A stretch of 64,000 nt of DNA. Origin: Candidatus Onthoplasma sp. (GTDB lineage Bacteria; Bacillota; Clostridia; Christensenellales; UBA1242). The stretch covers positions 5,977-69,976 of the forward strand of contig CBFGBH010000002.1 of the NCBI GenBank assembly GCA_965646995.1, given 5' to 3'. Of the stretch, positions 43,798 to 54,752 are shown piece after piece. Numbering within the stretch: the first letter of the stretch is position 1; each line of letters opens with the position of its first letter. The notes below the pieces were generated by a model. It had not been told where the DNA came from, searched no databases, and saw only the letters and a list, made by a program, of their open reading frames with translations. A program made the position numbers and the translations under genes.

Positions 43798-45647
43798 ACT
43801 ATTCTCTTGAACCATTTTTCTATCTGTGATTTAGCAATTATAGAGATCACAGGTCTACCATGCGGACATAGTAAAACATTATTATTTTTCTCTAAATTGT
43901 TTAGTAATTCTTTGATTTCCAAATCAGACAGTGTCATTCCAGCCTTTACACTACTTTTGCAAGCTTTTTGCATTAAATAATGTTGGATTTCATTATTAGT
44001 TTTTGGTCTCAAATTTTTCATATCGTGCAACAAGTCGTCAGTAAATGTTTTCAAATTAATATCTTTAAGCTGCATAGGTACCGCATTTATTATAATACTA
44101 TTATCTCCGAATGAGTCAATATCAAAACCTAAATTATGAAGTTCGGTTTGTAAATTCAATATATATTGAACTTCTTGTTGAGTAATCTCTCTAACATAAG
44201 GCACTAATAAATTTTGAATAACGATATCTCGCTTCTCTACCATTTTAGTAAATTTATCATAATTTAATCTCTCATGTCCTGCGTGGAAATCAATTAAAAG
44301 TAAATTATCTTTTCGTTCAATTAAAAGAAATTCGTTGAATAATTGTCCTATAATTTTAAAATCATTAAATTCATTAATATCAAGATAATTAACATTTTTA
44401 GAGCTTATATTTGATTCGCTTTTAGAAGCTATTATTTCATTAGATAACGAATTGCTCGATTGTTTATCTTCTTCTTTCTTTAAATCAAAGATTGTAATTG
44501 GAGAAAATGTGTCTTGTCTCAGTTTTACTTTGCTATTTGGAAATTCTGAAAGATTTGGTTCTAAAGATATTTCTTTCAAAGAGTCAATATTCGTATTAAT
44601 TAATACTTCCTTATTGTCATGATTAGGAATATCAAACTCGTTCGTTTGCTCTTGAATAGGATTGAGATGTTTATATATTGTTTCGCGTATAGCAGTATAC
44701 ACTAAGTCATATATTTTATTTGGATTAGAGAATTTTACATTTAGTTTGTTGGGATGCACATTAACATCAACATCTATATTGGGCATTGTCAAATTCAAAA
44801 TAAAAACCGGGAACTGACGAGTCATCAAATATTCTTCATAAGCCATGTATGACGCTTTTGAAACTATTTCATCAACCACATATCTCGAGTTAATCATCAG
44901 GGTTTGATATGTTGTATTGGGCTTGCTAAATCCTACCTTTGATATATAGCCACTTAAGATATAGTTCCCGACTTGTTTTTCAAGATACATGACATTCTGT
45001 GTAAATTCCGCTCCATATACACTATATATTGCGTCAAATAAAGTATTGCCATTGGTTTGATAGATGGTTTTACCATCTGAGATATATTTAAAGTTAATAT
45101 TAGGATGAGCAAGAATATATCTAGATACAATGTTCGTGATTTGACTTTCTTCTTGTTTTGGCTTTTTTAAAAATTTTCTTCTAGCAGGAGTATTGTAAAA
45201 TAAGTTATTGATTTCGATTTTTGTACCTAGTTCGCAAGAAGTAGGCATAATTTCACTGAAATTTCCACCATTGACATCAATGGTATAAGCACATTCTGCT
45301 GTTTTTGTCATTGTAGTCAATGTAGTTTGGCTAACATTAGATATACTAGCTAGAGCTTCTCCCCTAAAACCCAAAGTTTGAATAGCGTCTAAATCTTCTA
45401 ATGAAGAAATTTTGCTTGTCGCATGTGGCAGAAATGCCTTTTTTATATCATCATAGTTAATTCCTGTACCATTATCTTTGACCTGTATATAATCTATTCC
45501 ACCATTTTTAATCTCAATCGTTATCTTAGTAGCGCCGGCATCTAGTGAATTATCAATTAATTCTTTTACAATTGAAAAAGGGCTCTCTACCACTTCTCCA
45601 GCAGAGATTCTATTGATTATCATGCTATCTAAGATATTAATTGACAT
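43794..45647 (-). CDS. mutL: DNA mismatch repair protein MutL
   Basis: GHKL ATPase 'VVKELIDNSLDAGA' and 'GFRGEALASI'. Confidence 0.9.
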   Translation of the reverse strand: MSINILDSMIINRISAGEVVESPFSIVKELIDNSLDAGATKITIEIKNGGIDYIQVKDNGTGINYDDIKKAFLPHATSKISSLEDLDAIQTLGFRGEALASISNVSQTTLTTMTKTAECAYTIDVNGGNFSEIMPTSCELGTKIEINNLFYNTPARRKFLKKPKQEESQITNIVSRYILAHPNINFKYISDGKTIYQTNGNTLFDAIYSVYGAEFTQNVMYLEKQVGNYILSGYISKVGFSKPNTTYQTLMINSRYVVDEIVSKASYMAYEEYLMTRQFPVFILNLTMPNIDVDVNVHPNKLNVKFSNPNKIYDLVYTAIRETIYKHLNPIQEQTNEFDIPNHDNKEVLINTNIDSLKEISLEPNLSEFPNSKVKLRQDTFSPITIFDLKKEEDKQSSNSLSNEIIASKSESNISSKNVNYLDINEFNDFKIIGQLFNEFLLIERKDNLLLIDFHAGHERLNYDKFTKMVEKRDIVIQNLLVPYVREITQQEVQYILNLQTELHNLGFDIDSFGDNSIIINAVPMQLKDINLKTFTDDLLHDMKNLRPKTNNEIQHYLMQKACKSSVKAGMTLSDLEIKELLNNLEKNNNVLLCPHGRPVISIIAKSQIEKWFKRIV

Positions 45648-45662
45648 ACTTCTCCTAATTAA

Positions 45663-48224
45663 TTATTTCACTATATCTATTAAATGATTGAGAGTATCAA
45701 AGGCGACTAGTGGCGATAATGTATTTATATCTATATTTTTTAATATATCTACTATTTCGCTTTCTTTTTGAGTTGTATTGTTAATCTTCTCGGACTCAAA
45801 ATCTTTAATTAATTCTTTAGCTCTCTCAATTATGATATTTGGTAATCCTGCTAAACTAGCAACTTCAATACCATAACTTCGTGTAGCACTCCCTCTCATG
45901 ATTTTTCGTAAGAAAACTAATTTACCAGCGATTTCTTTAATGGAAATACAATAATTCTTTACACCTTCATATAGTCCTTCAAGCTGCATCAATTCGTGAT
46001 AGTGTGTTGCAAATAAAGTTTTGGCATTCAGTTTTTTAGATAAATACTCTACTACCGACCATGCAATTGAAAGTCCATCAAAAGTGGAAGTTCCTCTACC
46101 GACTTCGTCTAAAATAATCAAACTATTGTTAGTGGCGAAGTTCAAAATATTAGCGACCTCTATCATTTCTACCATAAATGTAGACTGCCCCACCGCCAAA
46201 TCATCGCTAGCTCCGATTCGCGTGAAGATTCTATCCACTATACATATGTCAGCTTTATCCGCAGGGACAAAACTACCTATGTGTGCTAGATATGTAATAA
46301 GTGCTACTTGACGCATATATGTTGACTTTCCGGCCATATTTGGACCAGTCAAAATCATGGTTCGTTGGTCAGTATTATTGAGTAAACAATCATTAGGAAT
46401 AAAATCATTCGATTGCAACATTTTTTCAACTGTTGGATGTCTACCTGCAACAATATTAATATTAGGTGAGTCTATTAAGTTCGGTTTAACGTAGTTGTTT
46501 TTAACAGCTACTGTAGCAAGAGAACAAATCGAATCTGCCGTAGAAATAATTTTAGCGATTTGTTGCATTATTGAAGTGTTGCGCAATAATTGTGCTTTTA
46601 GTTCAATAAATATTTTTTCTTCTAGTTTTAATGCTTCCTCATGCGAAGTTATCACTTCTTCTTCGAATTTTTTTAGTTCTTCAGTGATATATCTTTCGTT
46701 GTTTGATATTGTTTGTTTTCTTATATAACTAAATGGTACCAAATTATTGAATTGTTTATTCACTTCAATATAATATCCAAACACTCTATTGTAGCCTATT
46801 TTCAGATTCTTAATGCCTGTAGATTCTCTTTCTCTTGCTTGTATTGACAAGATATAATCTTGTGCATTCTTTTTCATATCTCGTAATTTATCAAGATTTG
46901 AATTAAATCCTACTCTAATATAACCTCCATCTTTCATTAATGCGGGTGGTTCTGGAGCGATGGTTTGAGTGATAAGATTAACGATCTCATTAACATCTAC
47001 CATATTATGAGCTAATTCGATTAGATTAGGATTATTTGAAGCAAGCAAAATTGATTTTACTTTTGGAGTTAAAGAAAGGGATTGAGAGAGAGCTAGACAT
47101 TCTTTAGGATTAATGTTGCCATAAGATATTTTTCCTGCTAATCTTTCTATATCTTGTATATTGTCTAGAGCATTATAGAGTTCAGTTCTAAGCAAAGCAT
47201 TATGATATAAACTTTCTACCATAGATAATCTGCTATTTATGGTATTTTTATCTTGCAAAGGTTGTCTAACCCAACTACGCAACATACGAGCGCCACCACT
47301 AGTACAGGTATTGTCTAATACCCAAAGTAGACTGCCATATTTAGAGCCATCTCTCATAGTTTGTTCGATTTCTAAATTTCTTCTAGTGTTTGTGTCAACA
47401 TACATATATTGATCATCTTTTAATAGATTAGGCATTTTTAAGTGTTTTAGCTCGCGCTTCTGAGTTTCATTATAGTATTCTAGCAATGCACCAATTACCG
47501 ATATTCTATTTTTAGAGTCAAAATCATATCCCTTAGTTGATTTTATATCATATTGTTTTAATAATTTTTTTTCAGCATTTGAATAATTGAAAGCCCAATC
47601 ATAATATTGATTAAATTTAAATTTGTCACCATTTGATTGTACACATGGCAAATTTTTATAAATCAAAAACATTTCATTATTGCATAATATTTCGCTAGGC
47701 ATAACTCTGACAATTTGGTCATTAATGTAGGAAATAAGGTTATCTCCTGAGAATTCTGCCACATTAAATTCTCCTGTAGACAAATCACTATAAGCGTAAG
47801 ATATAGTATTTTTGTTCTTATAAATACACATTATATATGTATTACAAGTTTCCGTTAACATAGAACTATCTACCACTGTGCCTGGAGTAATTATTCGTAC
47901 CACTTCACGCTGTACAATTTTATTGACAATATTATCAGTCTGTTCGCAAATGGCTACTTTATACCCTTTCTCGATTAGTTTTTGAGCATAAGATTCGTAT
48001 GCGTGATGCGGAACTCCGCACATTGGTGCACGCTCGTCTAGACCACAATCCTTACCTGTGAGTGTTAAATCTAATTCTTTGCTAGCTATTTTGGCATCAT
48101 CAAAAAACATTTCATAAAAGTCACCTAAGCGATAAAAAAGTATACAATCTTGATATTGTTCTTTAGTTGCAAGATATTGTTTTATCATCGGTGATAATTT
48201 TTCTTCATTAATTATATTCGTCAT
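45663..48224 (-). CDS. mutS: DNA mismatch repair protein MutS
   Basis: 'FYRLGDFYEMF', Walker A 'GPNMAGKST' and 'DEVGRGTSTFDG'. Confidence 0.95.
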   Translation of the reverse strand: MTNIINEEKLSPMIKQYLATKEQYQDCILFYRLGDFYEMFFDDAKIASKELDLTLTGKDCGLDERAPMCGVPHHAYESYAQKLIEKGYKVAICEQTDNIVNKIVQREVVRIITPGTVVDSSMLTETCNTYIMCIYKNKNTISYAYSDLSTGEFNVAEFSGDNLISYINDQIVRVMPSEILCNNEMFLIYKNLPCVQSNGDKFKFNQYYDWAFNYSNAEKKLLKQYDIKSTKGYDFDSKNRISVIGALLEYYNETQKRELKHLKMPNLLKDDQYMYVDTNTRRNLEIEQTMRDGSKYGSLLWVLDNTCTSGGARMLRSWVRQPLQDKNTINSRLSMVESLYHNALLRTELYNALDNIQDIERLAGKISYGNINPKECLALSQSLSLTPKVKSILLASNNPNLIELAHNMVDVNEIVNLITQTIAPEPPALMKDGGYIRVGFNSNLDKLRDMKKNAQDYILSIQARERESTGIKNLKIGYNRVFGYYIEVNKQFNNLVPFSYIRKQTISNNERYITEELKKFEEEVITSHEEALKLEEKIFIELKAQLLRNTSIMQQIAKIISTADSICSLATVAVKNNYVKPNLIDSPNINIVAGRHPTVEKMLQSNDFIPNDCLLNNTDQRTMILTGPNMAGKSTYMRQVALITYLAHIGSFVPADKADICIVDRIFTRIGASDDLAVGQSTFMVEMIEVANILNFATNNSLIILDEVGRGTSTFDGLSIAWSVVEYLSKKLNAKTLFATHYHELMQLEGLYEGVKNYCISIKEIAGKLVFLRKIMRGSATRSYGIEVASLAGLPNIIIERAKELIKDFESEKINNTTQKESEIVDILKNIDINTLSPLVAFDTLNHLIDIVK

Positions 48225-49549
48225 TCAACAATTGCTCCAGATAGTTTATGATTTCTAACACTGTCTATCTTAATTTTAGCGAAATAATTTTGATTATCAT
48301 ATTTATAGTTGGGAATATATATTTCTTTTCCGCCGTCAGTTACTCCTACGGCAACTCCATTAATTTGGCGTATCAGACAGTCATATGTTTTATTGAAATA
48401 TCTTTTTATTTGGTCTTTTTGAATGATTTTTTGTAACCTTAATAACTTATTAACTCTAATGTTTTTAATCTCTTCATCTATTTGGTCATCAAACTCTGCT
48501 GCTGGAGTTCCAGTTCTTTTTGAATACATGAAAGCAAAAACTTGGTCGTATTTTACTTTGTTTAGCAATTTCATTGTTTGATTAAAATCTTTTTCACTTT
48601 CGCCCGGAAAACCTACTATAATATCTGTAGATAGTGATATGTTAGGAATAGAACGTTTTATTTTCTTAATTATACTATTGTAATGTTTGATATCATAATG
48701 TCTATTCATTTTGTTTAATATTTTGCTACTACCTGATTGAACGGGTAGGTGTAAAAATTTAGCTACCTTGTTTTCAGTCTTCATTACTTTAATTATTTCA
48801 TCATTAAAATCCATTGGATGTGAGGTCATGAATTTAATTTTGAAATCTCCTTCAATCTTACATAAATTTGTAAGTAATTGTGCAAAGGTCGTTTTTTCTT
48901 TCAAGTCTTTACCATAAGAATTCACATTTTGACCTAGTAGTGTTATATATTTGTAGCCTTTGTTTTGAACTAAATCTTTTACTTCTGTATAGATTTCTTT
49001 GATAGGTCTACTCTTTTCTCGTCCACGTACATATGGTACTATGCAATATGTACAAAATTTATCGCATCCATAGATTATATTGACGTAGGCATTGATTTTA
49101 TCATCTCTAATACTTTTAACATTATCTAGCGGAGAATCTGTACTTTCTATAATCTCGTATATTCTTTCATGCTTAGTATCAAACTCCAATAAGTATTTTT
49201 TCAACGCGTTGATATTATGTGTACCTAAAATAATATCGACAAATGGCAATTTCGTCTTGAGATTGTATTTACCTTTTTTTTGTTGTGGCATACAACCACA
49301 CACTACAATGACTTTTGACGAATCTTCAGATTTAAGTTTTTTCAGAGCAATTATATTATTATAAGCCCTATCTTCTGCTCCTTCTCTGATACAACAAGTG
49401 TTAAAAACTATTACCTTGGCTTGATTAATATCATCTGTTTCAAGCATACCAAGCGTTGACAAAACTCCACGAATTTTTTCAGATTCGTGAACATTCATTT
49501 GGCAACCATAAGTAATGACATGGTATAATCTTCCTTCATAACTATTCAT
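48221..49549 (-). CDS. miaB: tRNA-2-methylthio-N6-dimethylallyladenosine synthase
   Basis: UPF0004 N-terminal cysteines, radical-SAM 'CDKFCTYC' and a TRAM C-terminus. Confidence 0.9.
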   Translation of the reverse strand: MNSYEGRLYHVITYGCQMNVHESEKIRGVLSTLGMLETDDINQAKVIVFNTCCIREGAEDRAYNNIIALKKLKSEDSSKVIVVCGCMPQQKKGKYNLKTKLPFVDIILGTHNINALKKYLLEFDTKHERIYEIIESTDSPLDNVKSIRDDKINAYVNIIYGCDKFCTYCIVPYVRGREKSRPIKEIYTEVKDLVQNKGYKYITLLGQNVNSYGKDLKEKTTFAQLLTNLCKIEGDFKIKFMTSHPMDFNDEIIKVMKTENKVAKFLHLPVQSGSSKILNKMNRHYDIKHYNSIIKKIKRSIPNISLSTDIIVGFPGESEKDFNQTMKLLNKVKYDQVFAFMYSKRTGTPAAEFDDQIDEEIKNIRVNKLLRLQKIIQKDQIKRYFNKTYDCLIRQINGVAVGVTDGGKEIYIPNYKYDNQNYFAKIKIDSVRNHKLSGAIVE

Positions 49550-49636
49550 AATAGTAATTATAATATATTAATTATATATTTTCAACTAAAATATTGCAAA
49601 TTTAGTTATTAAAACCAATATTTTGCAAATAATATC

Positions 49637-51889
49637 GTGATGAACAATGTAAAAAAGAAAGTTAATTTCAAAAAGATATTATTGATAATTAGTATTTTTA
49701 TCATTCTCATTTTTGTAAGTATTGGTGGTATCATTGCATATTTATACAATAAATATGACTTAGATGTAGACAAATTAACGAAAGTAAATAATGGAATAAG
49801 AGTATACTCTTCTACAGGTACAGACAGCACTTTATACAATACTAATCGCTCCATAGTAGAATTAAATGAATTACCAGATTATGTGAAGCAAGCATTCATA
49901 GATACAGAAGATAAACGATTCTATAGCCATAATGGTTATGATGTTAAGCGAATGTTAAAAGCAGGATTAGTAAATCTATCTACTAATAGCAAATCACAAG
50001 GAGCATCAACGATTAGTCAGCAATTAGTAAAAAATGCACTACTAACTAACGATAAGACATATTCAAGAAAAATACAAGAAGTAATCTTATCTAGCAAAAT
50101 GGAGAAACAATTCAGTAAAGATGAAATCCTAGAGATGTATTTGAATACAATATATTTTGGGTCAAATGCGTATGGGATTGAGAACGCCAGTAAGACATAT
50201 TTTAATAAATCAGCTAAAGATTTGACTATAAATGAAGCTTGCTGTTTGGCGGGATTAATAAAATCTCCTAATAAATATTCGCCTAGATTACATTATGAAG
50301 ATTCCATAGAAAGACGAAATGTAGTGGCAAGATTAATGTTAACTGCTAATGATATTACGAAAGATATTTACGAAGATATAATCTCATCCCCCATCATACT
50401 TTCTGAAGGTCAAGAGACAAATAATAGTTACGAAACAGAAGCAATATATGAAGCATGTAGATTATTAAATCTAACTGAGAGAGAATTAATCAACTCTGAT
50501 TATGAATTGATAACTTTTAAAAACGATGATATTCAGGAGAAATTAAAATCTATTAATAACTCTATCCTATCAAAAAAAGAAAATCCGCTGGACAGTGTAT
50601 CAATTATATCTGATAATAATGGTAAAATATTGGCATATTACAGCAATAGTCAGTATAATACACATAAAATGAGAAGGCAAGCTGCGTCTACATTAAAACC
50701 ATTAGCAGTGTATCTGCCATGTATTATACACAATAAATTGAGTCCAGCAAGTCAAATTTTGGATGAAGAAATTGACTTTTCTGGATATTCTCCTAAAAAT
50801 GTAGATGACAAATATCATGGTTATGTTTCAGTTAGAGAAAGCATTTCACATTCATATAATATCCCAGCTGTGAAAGCATTAGATTGTGTAGGACTTAAAA
50901 ACTCAAAAGATTTATTGATTAGTTTAGGATTTGATATTGATAATTCTGACATGAATCTCTCTTTAGCCCTAGGTGCTACTAAAAAAGGTGTTACCCTAAT
51001 GCAATTAGTCAATGCATATGCTTGTTTAGCGAATTTAGGTGAATATAGAGAAATGTGCTTTGTTGATAAAATAATAGATAAACAAGGGAAGATAATCTAC
51101 GAACATGAAGATTTTGTCCAGAAGTTATTTAAAGATGAAGATTGCTATCTAATCAATAATATGCTGCAAGATACAGCTAAAACCGGTACAGCAAAGAGAA
51201 TGGCGAGTTTAAATCTACCTATAGCTAGCAAAACTGGTACAGCTTCTGTGGGTAATGAAAGTACAGACTTATATAATATTGCATATACTAGTGAGCATAC
51301 GTTGTTAACATGGGTCGGCGATATTAAAAATAATTATTTACCTAAAGGAGTATATAGTGCGGTAGAGCCAACAGAGATAAATAAAAAGATGTTAGACTAT
51401 ATTTATAGTGAATATACCCCAATAGATTTTGCACAACCCGAAACTATAATCAACGCTCCTTATGATATCTGTGAATTAAACGAAAATCATAGATTAACTA
51501 AACCTAATCATAATATAGATAGATATATTGCATATGATTTATTCAAGGTAGACAATCAACCTATTGAAATAATTGAAAATGATGACTCTAATCTAAGTGT
51601 AAACATTAATAAAACAGGTTCTACAGTCCAATTTGATAGCAAGAAATATAAAAATTACAGACTGTATAAAGAAATAGATAATAAAAAGCAACTTCTATCT
51701 GAAATATCGGATAGAAGCGGTATGATAGAAATTTTGGATAATGATATTTTTCAATATCATGAAATAAAATATTATTTAATGGATGATAGTAACAATAAAT
51801 CAAAAGAAATCAAAATAAGACCAAAAGATTATTTAATAAATTTATTGAATAGTGAGATACAATCTAGCAAGAAGCGTTGGTCAGTTTAA
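49637..51889 (+). CDS. Penicillin-binding protein 1A family (bifunctional transglycosylase/transpeptidase)
   Basis: GT51 'EDKRFYSHNGYD' and 'RKIQE'. Transpeptidase 'STLKP' and 'SKTGT'. Confidence 0.9.
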   Translation: MMNNVKKKVNFKKILLIISIFIILIFVSIGGIIAYLYNKYDLDVDKLTKVNNGIRVYSSTGTDSTLYNTNRSIVELNELPDYVKQAFIDTEDKRFYSHNGYDVKRMLKAGLVNLSTNSKSQGASTISQQLVKNALLTNDKTYSRKIQEVILSSKMEKQFSKDEILEMYLNTIYFGSNAYGIENASKTYFNKSAKDLTINEACCLAGLIKSPNKYSPRLHYEDSIERRNVVARLMLTANDITKDIYEDIISSPIILSEGQETNNSYETEAIYEACRLLNLTERELINSDYELITFKNDDIQEKLKSINNSILSKKENPLDSVSIISDNNGKILAYYSNSQYNTHKMRRQAASTLKPLAVYLPCIIHNKLSPASQILDEEIDFSGYSPKNVDDKYHGYVSVRESISHSYNIPAVKALDCVGLKNSKDLLISLGFDIDNSDMNLSLALGATKKGVTLMQLVNAYACLANLGEYREMCFVDKIIDKQGKIIYEHEDFVQKLFKDEDCYLINNMLQDTAKTGTAKRMASLNLPIASKTGTASVGNESTDLYNIAYTSEHTLLTWVGDIKNNYLPKGVYSAVEPTEINKKMLDYIYSEYTPIDFAQPETIINAPYDICELNENHRLTKPNHNIDRYIAYDLFKVDNQPIEIIENDDSNLSVNINKTGSTVQFDSKKYKNYRLYKEIDNKKQLLSEISDRSGMIEILDNDIFQYHEIKYYLMDDSNNKSKEIKIRPKDYLINLLNSEIQSSKKRWSV

Positions 51890-51890
51890 T

Positions 51891-53573
51891 TTATTCTACC
51901 GTGACACTTTTAGCTAGATTTCTCGGCATATCCGGGTTAATACCCTTCTCTATCGCTAGATAGTAACTAAGTAATTGGAATGGTATAATACTATATATTG
52001 CTAAATATTCTTTAGGAATTTTCAAGTTTTTAATAAATCTAGACATGTCAATTATTTTTCCTTTTCTAGAAGATATTTCATTAATGACAGTTTTAAACCT
52101 ATCATCATCTAAAGATGAATTCAATACAATACTTACGCATTCTTCATTGACTAGAGACAGAGTCCCATGTTTCAACTCTCCAGAATACATTGGCAAGGTA
52201 AACATATAGTCTATTTCTCTAATCTTTAAACTGGCTTCTAATAATATTAGATAATCAATATCTCTACCTATTAATAATAATTTGTCTAACGATTTTAATT
52301 GAGAAGAAATCTCTTTTATATCAATAGACTTTAAGTATGTATTTAAATCATTCGTAAATTCATCAATGTTCATTTGAAAATTTTTATCTTTTAGTTTGTT
52401 CAATATATAAGAAAAGGCAAATACTTGACAACAGTAAGTCTTTGTGCTGGCGACTGCTAGTTCTTTATTTGCTTTGGTAAATAGTTGATAATCAGACAAT
52501 TTTGACAGTGTACTATTCTCTTGATTGGTAATGACGAGTATTTTTCCGCCATGTGTTTTTATGTCGTTGGCCACTCTAATACAATCGGCTGTTTCTCCGC
52601 TTTGGCTTACAATTATATGAAGGTGTTGTTTCTTTATTTTGTCTTTGATGTCATAATTGCTGGCAAGACATGTCTCTAAATTATATTTATTCAATCTTTC
52701 TAATAAATTTTGTCCTATTAAACAGGAATGGTATGCTGTGCCACATCCGATAAATGTAATATGATTGATACGGTCAAATATTGGTAAAAAATTTTGATAT
52801 TTTAAATAATTATATGTATCTTTTATACTCCTAGGAATTTCGTATATTTCTTTTATCATAAAATGATTGTATTTTCCTAGATTATTAATTTCAATATCAT
52901 TATTAAAAGTAGTAAAACTTAATTCTTGATTTTTTAGATTTATAATGGTATTGTTGGATATCTTTATCGCGTCTCCATCTTGCAATGAGTATAATTGTCC
53001 ATCTTGCATGCTATCTACATCACTTGAAATGAAGATATTACTATCAGATATTACAAGATGCAAAGGACTGAATCGTTTGAGTAAATACATGTCGCCATTT
53101 TGACATCCTATTATTAACGAAAAGCTTCCTTTAAGAATGTCATATAATTTAAGTATTCTTTGCTCGACTTCTCCTTCAAGATTGGACAAAATATTGCATA
53201 TTACTTCGGTATCTGTATCAGATAAGAATGGTATTCCTTTATTTTTTAATTCTAACTTCAATTCATCTGCGTTGGTTATAATCCCATTATGAACAATTGT
53301 AAATTGGTTATCAAATGAGACATGAGGATGAGTATTGACTAAATTAACTTCGCCATTGGTTGCCCATCTAGTATGCCCGAACGCCATATTAGGAATGAAA
53401 TCTATATCTTCTAGATTATCTAAAGTACCTATAGCTTTGTTTACAATAAATCTATTATCTTTATAATAAGCTATACCGCACGAATCATAACCACGATATT
53501 GTAGTAAAAACAAACCATTCAACACTTCATTATAAGCATGTTTTTTCCCTATGTAACCATATATACCACACAT
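51891..53573 (-). CDS. glmS: Glutamine--fructose-6-phosphate aminotransferase (short, 560 aa)
   Basis: N-terminal 'MCGI' nucleophile, two SIS domains, C-terminal 'AKSVTVE'. Confidence 0.85.
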   Translation of the reverse strand: MCGIYGYIGKKHAYNEVLNGLFLLQYRGYDSCGIAYYKDNRFIVNKAIGTLDNLEDIDFIPNMAFGHTRWATNGEVNLVNTHPHVSFDNQFTIVHNGIITNADELKLELKNKGIPFLSDTDTEVICNILSNLEGEVEQRILKLYDILKGSFSLIIGCQNGDMYLLKRFSPLHLVISDSNIFISSDVDSMQDGQLYSLQDGDAIKISNNTIINLKNQELSFTTFNNDIEINNLGKYNHFMIKEIYEIPRSIKDTYNYLKYQNFLPIFDRINHITFIGCGTAYHSCLIGQNLLERLNKYNLETCLASNYDIKDKIKKQHLHIIVSQSGETADCIRVANDIKTHGGKILVITNQENSTLSKLSDYQLFTKANKELAVASTKTYCCQVFAFSYILNKLKDKNFQMNIDEFTNDLNTYLKSIDIKEISSQLKSLDKLLLIGRDIDYLILLEASLKIREIDYMFTLPMYSGELKHGTLSLVNEECVSIVLNSSLDDDRFKTVINEISSRKGKIIDMSRFIKNLKIPKEYLAIYSIIPFQLLSYYLAIEKGINPDMPRNLAKSVTVE

Positions 53574-53576
53574 ATA

Positions 53577-54248
53577 TTACTCCTCTAACAATCTTAAAAT
53601 CTTATTTTCATATTCAATACTTGCTTTAGATAAAATAATTTTTATATTTAAATTTTTAATTTTAGGTATGTATTGAATTTTATTCATAATTGAATCACTA
53701 TTTAGTTCAATATTTGTATTGGGGCAAAAATTTTTTATTACATTTTTTATAAGTTCATAATGAGTACACCCAAGTATTAAGTTCTTTTCATCTTGTATAT
53801 GATGTATTGCTACATGTCTTTTAACTATTGTTTCAATTTTTCTTTTATTGTATATATTTTTTTCTATTAATTCGGCTAAATTTTTATCAGCAATAGTTTT
53901 GTTATTTTTTATATTCTTTTTTGTTAAATTAGTAGTGAAGTAAGTTCCTGTTTTATCAAAATCTAGCGTAATTATATTTGAGTTGCTGTTTTTGCTTAAT
54001 ATGCTAGACGCTGTATTACATGCGATGATTATTTTAGATACATTATATTGATTGATGAGAATATTTATAATATTTTCTAGTCTATCTTTTAAAAATTTTT
54101 TACTCTTATTGCCGTACGGCATATAGAGATTATCAGCATAATATATATAGTTCCCATATTCAAATTTATCGATTAAGCGTTTTAATACGCTAATCCCTCC
54201 TATTCCACTATCTATAACTGCGATAGTTGAATCTACGATAGATAACAT
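53577..54248 (-). CDS. murI: Glutamate racemase (short, 223 aa)
   Basis: 'DSGIGG', 'ACNTAS' and 'GCTHY' catalytic-Cys motifs. Confidence 0.8.
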   Translation of the reverse strand: MLSIVDSTIAVIDSGIGGISVLKRLIDKFEYGNYIYYADNLYMPYGNKSKKFLKDRLENIINILINQYNVSKIIIACNTASSILSKNSNSNIITLDFDKTGTYFTTNLTKKNIKNNKTIADKNLAELIEKNIYNKRKIETIVKRHVAIHHIQDEKNLILGCTHYELIKNVIKNFCPNTNIELNSDSIMNKIQYIPKIKNLNIKIILSKASIEYENKILRLLEE

Positions 54249-54381
54249 AGAAATATGTATGATTTGAATTTAAAACATGAAACTAAAAAGAAAAAATTTA
54301 ATTATTGATTGTAAAATATTGTCAAACCTCTTGCTTTTTTTACAAAAGTCTGATATACTAGTAATTGAAATGGAGGTTTGT

Positions 54382-54633
54382 ATGGCTAATATTAAATCAG
54401 CTAAGAAACGCATTGAAGTTATCGACAGACAAACTTTAGAAAATAAATCTTATAAAAGTAAGATTGCTACTTTTGTCAAAAAGTACAAATTTGCTGTAGA
54501 TAATGGAGATGAAAGTGCTACTAAGTTATTAAGTGAGACATTTTCATTAATTGATTCAGCTGTATCTAAAGGTATCTTACAAAAAGCTACCGCTAATAGA
54601 AAAAAAGCTAGATTAAGTTCTTATAAAAAATAA
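54382..54633 (+). CDS. rpsT: 30S ribosomal protein S20
   Basis: 'MANIKSAKKRIEV'. GGAGG RBS. The track ORF start at 54277 is an upstream extension. Confidence 0.9.
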   Translation: MANIKSAKKRIEVIDRQTLENKSYKSKIATFVKKYKFAVDNGDESATKLLSETFSLIDSAVSKGILQKATANRKKARLSSYKK

Positions 54634-54656
54634 ACTCTCAATTGAGAGTTTTTTTA
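54634..54656 (+). terminator. Rho-independent terminator after rpsT
   Basis: ACTCTC/GAGAGT stem followed by a T7 run. Confidence 0.8.
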
Positions 54657-54752
54657 ATATATTATATAAGGGAAATTTTTATAAAGATGAAACAGTTATT
54701 AAGTGCAACAAACAATATTTAATTCATTATTACATTTTGACATTCATCGATA

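Noticed and set aside
54277-54381. The upstream extension of the rpsT ORF in the track (start 54277). Similar N-terminal extensions apply to spoVAE (23066), miaA (43815), xseA (61833) and the GT4 gene (16239).
   Set aside because: Internal ATGs with good RBSs or stop-start overlaps give proteins that match the family N-termini. The extensions overlap upstream genes or promoters.
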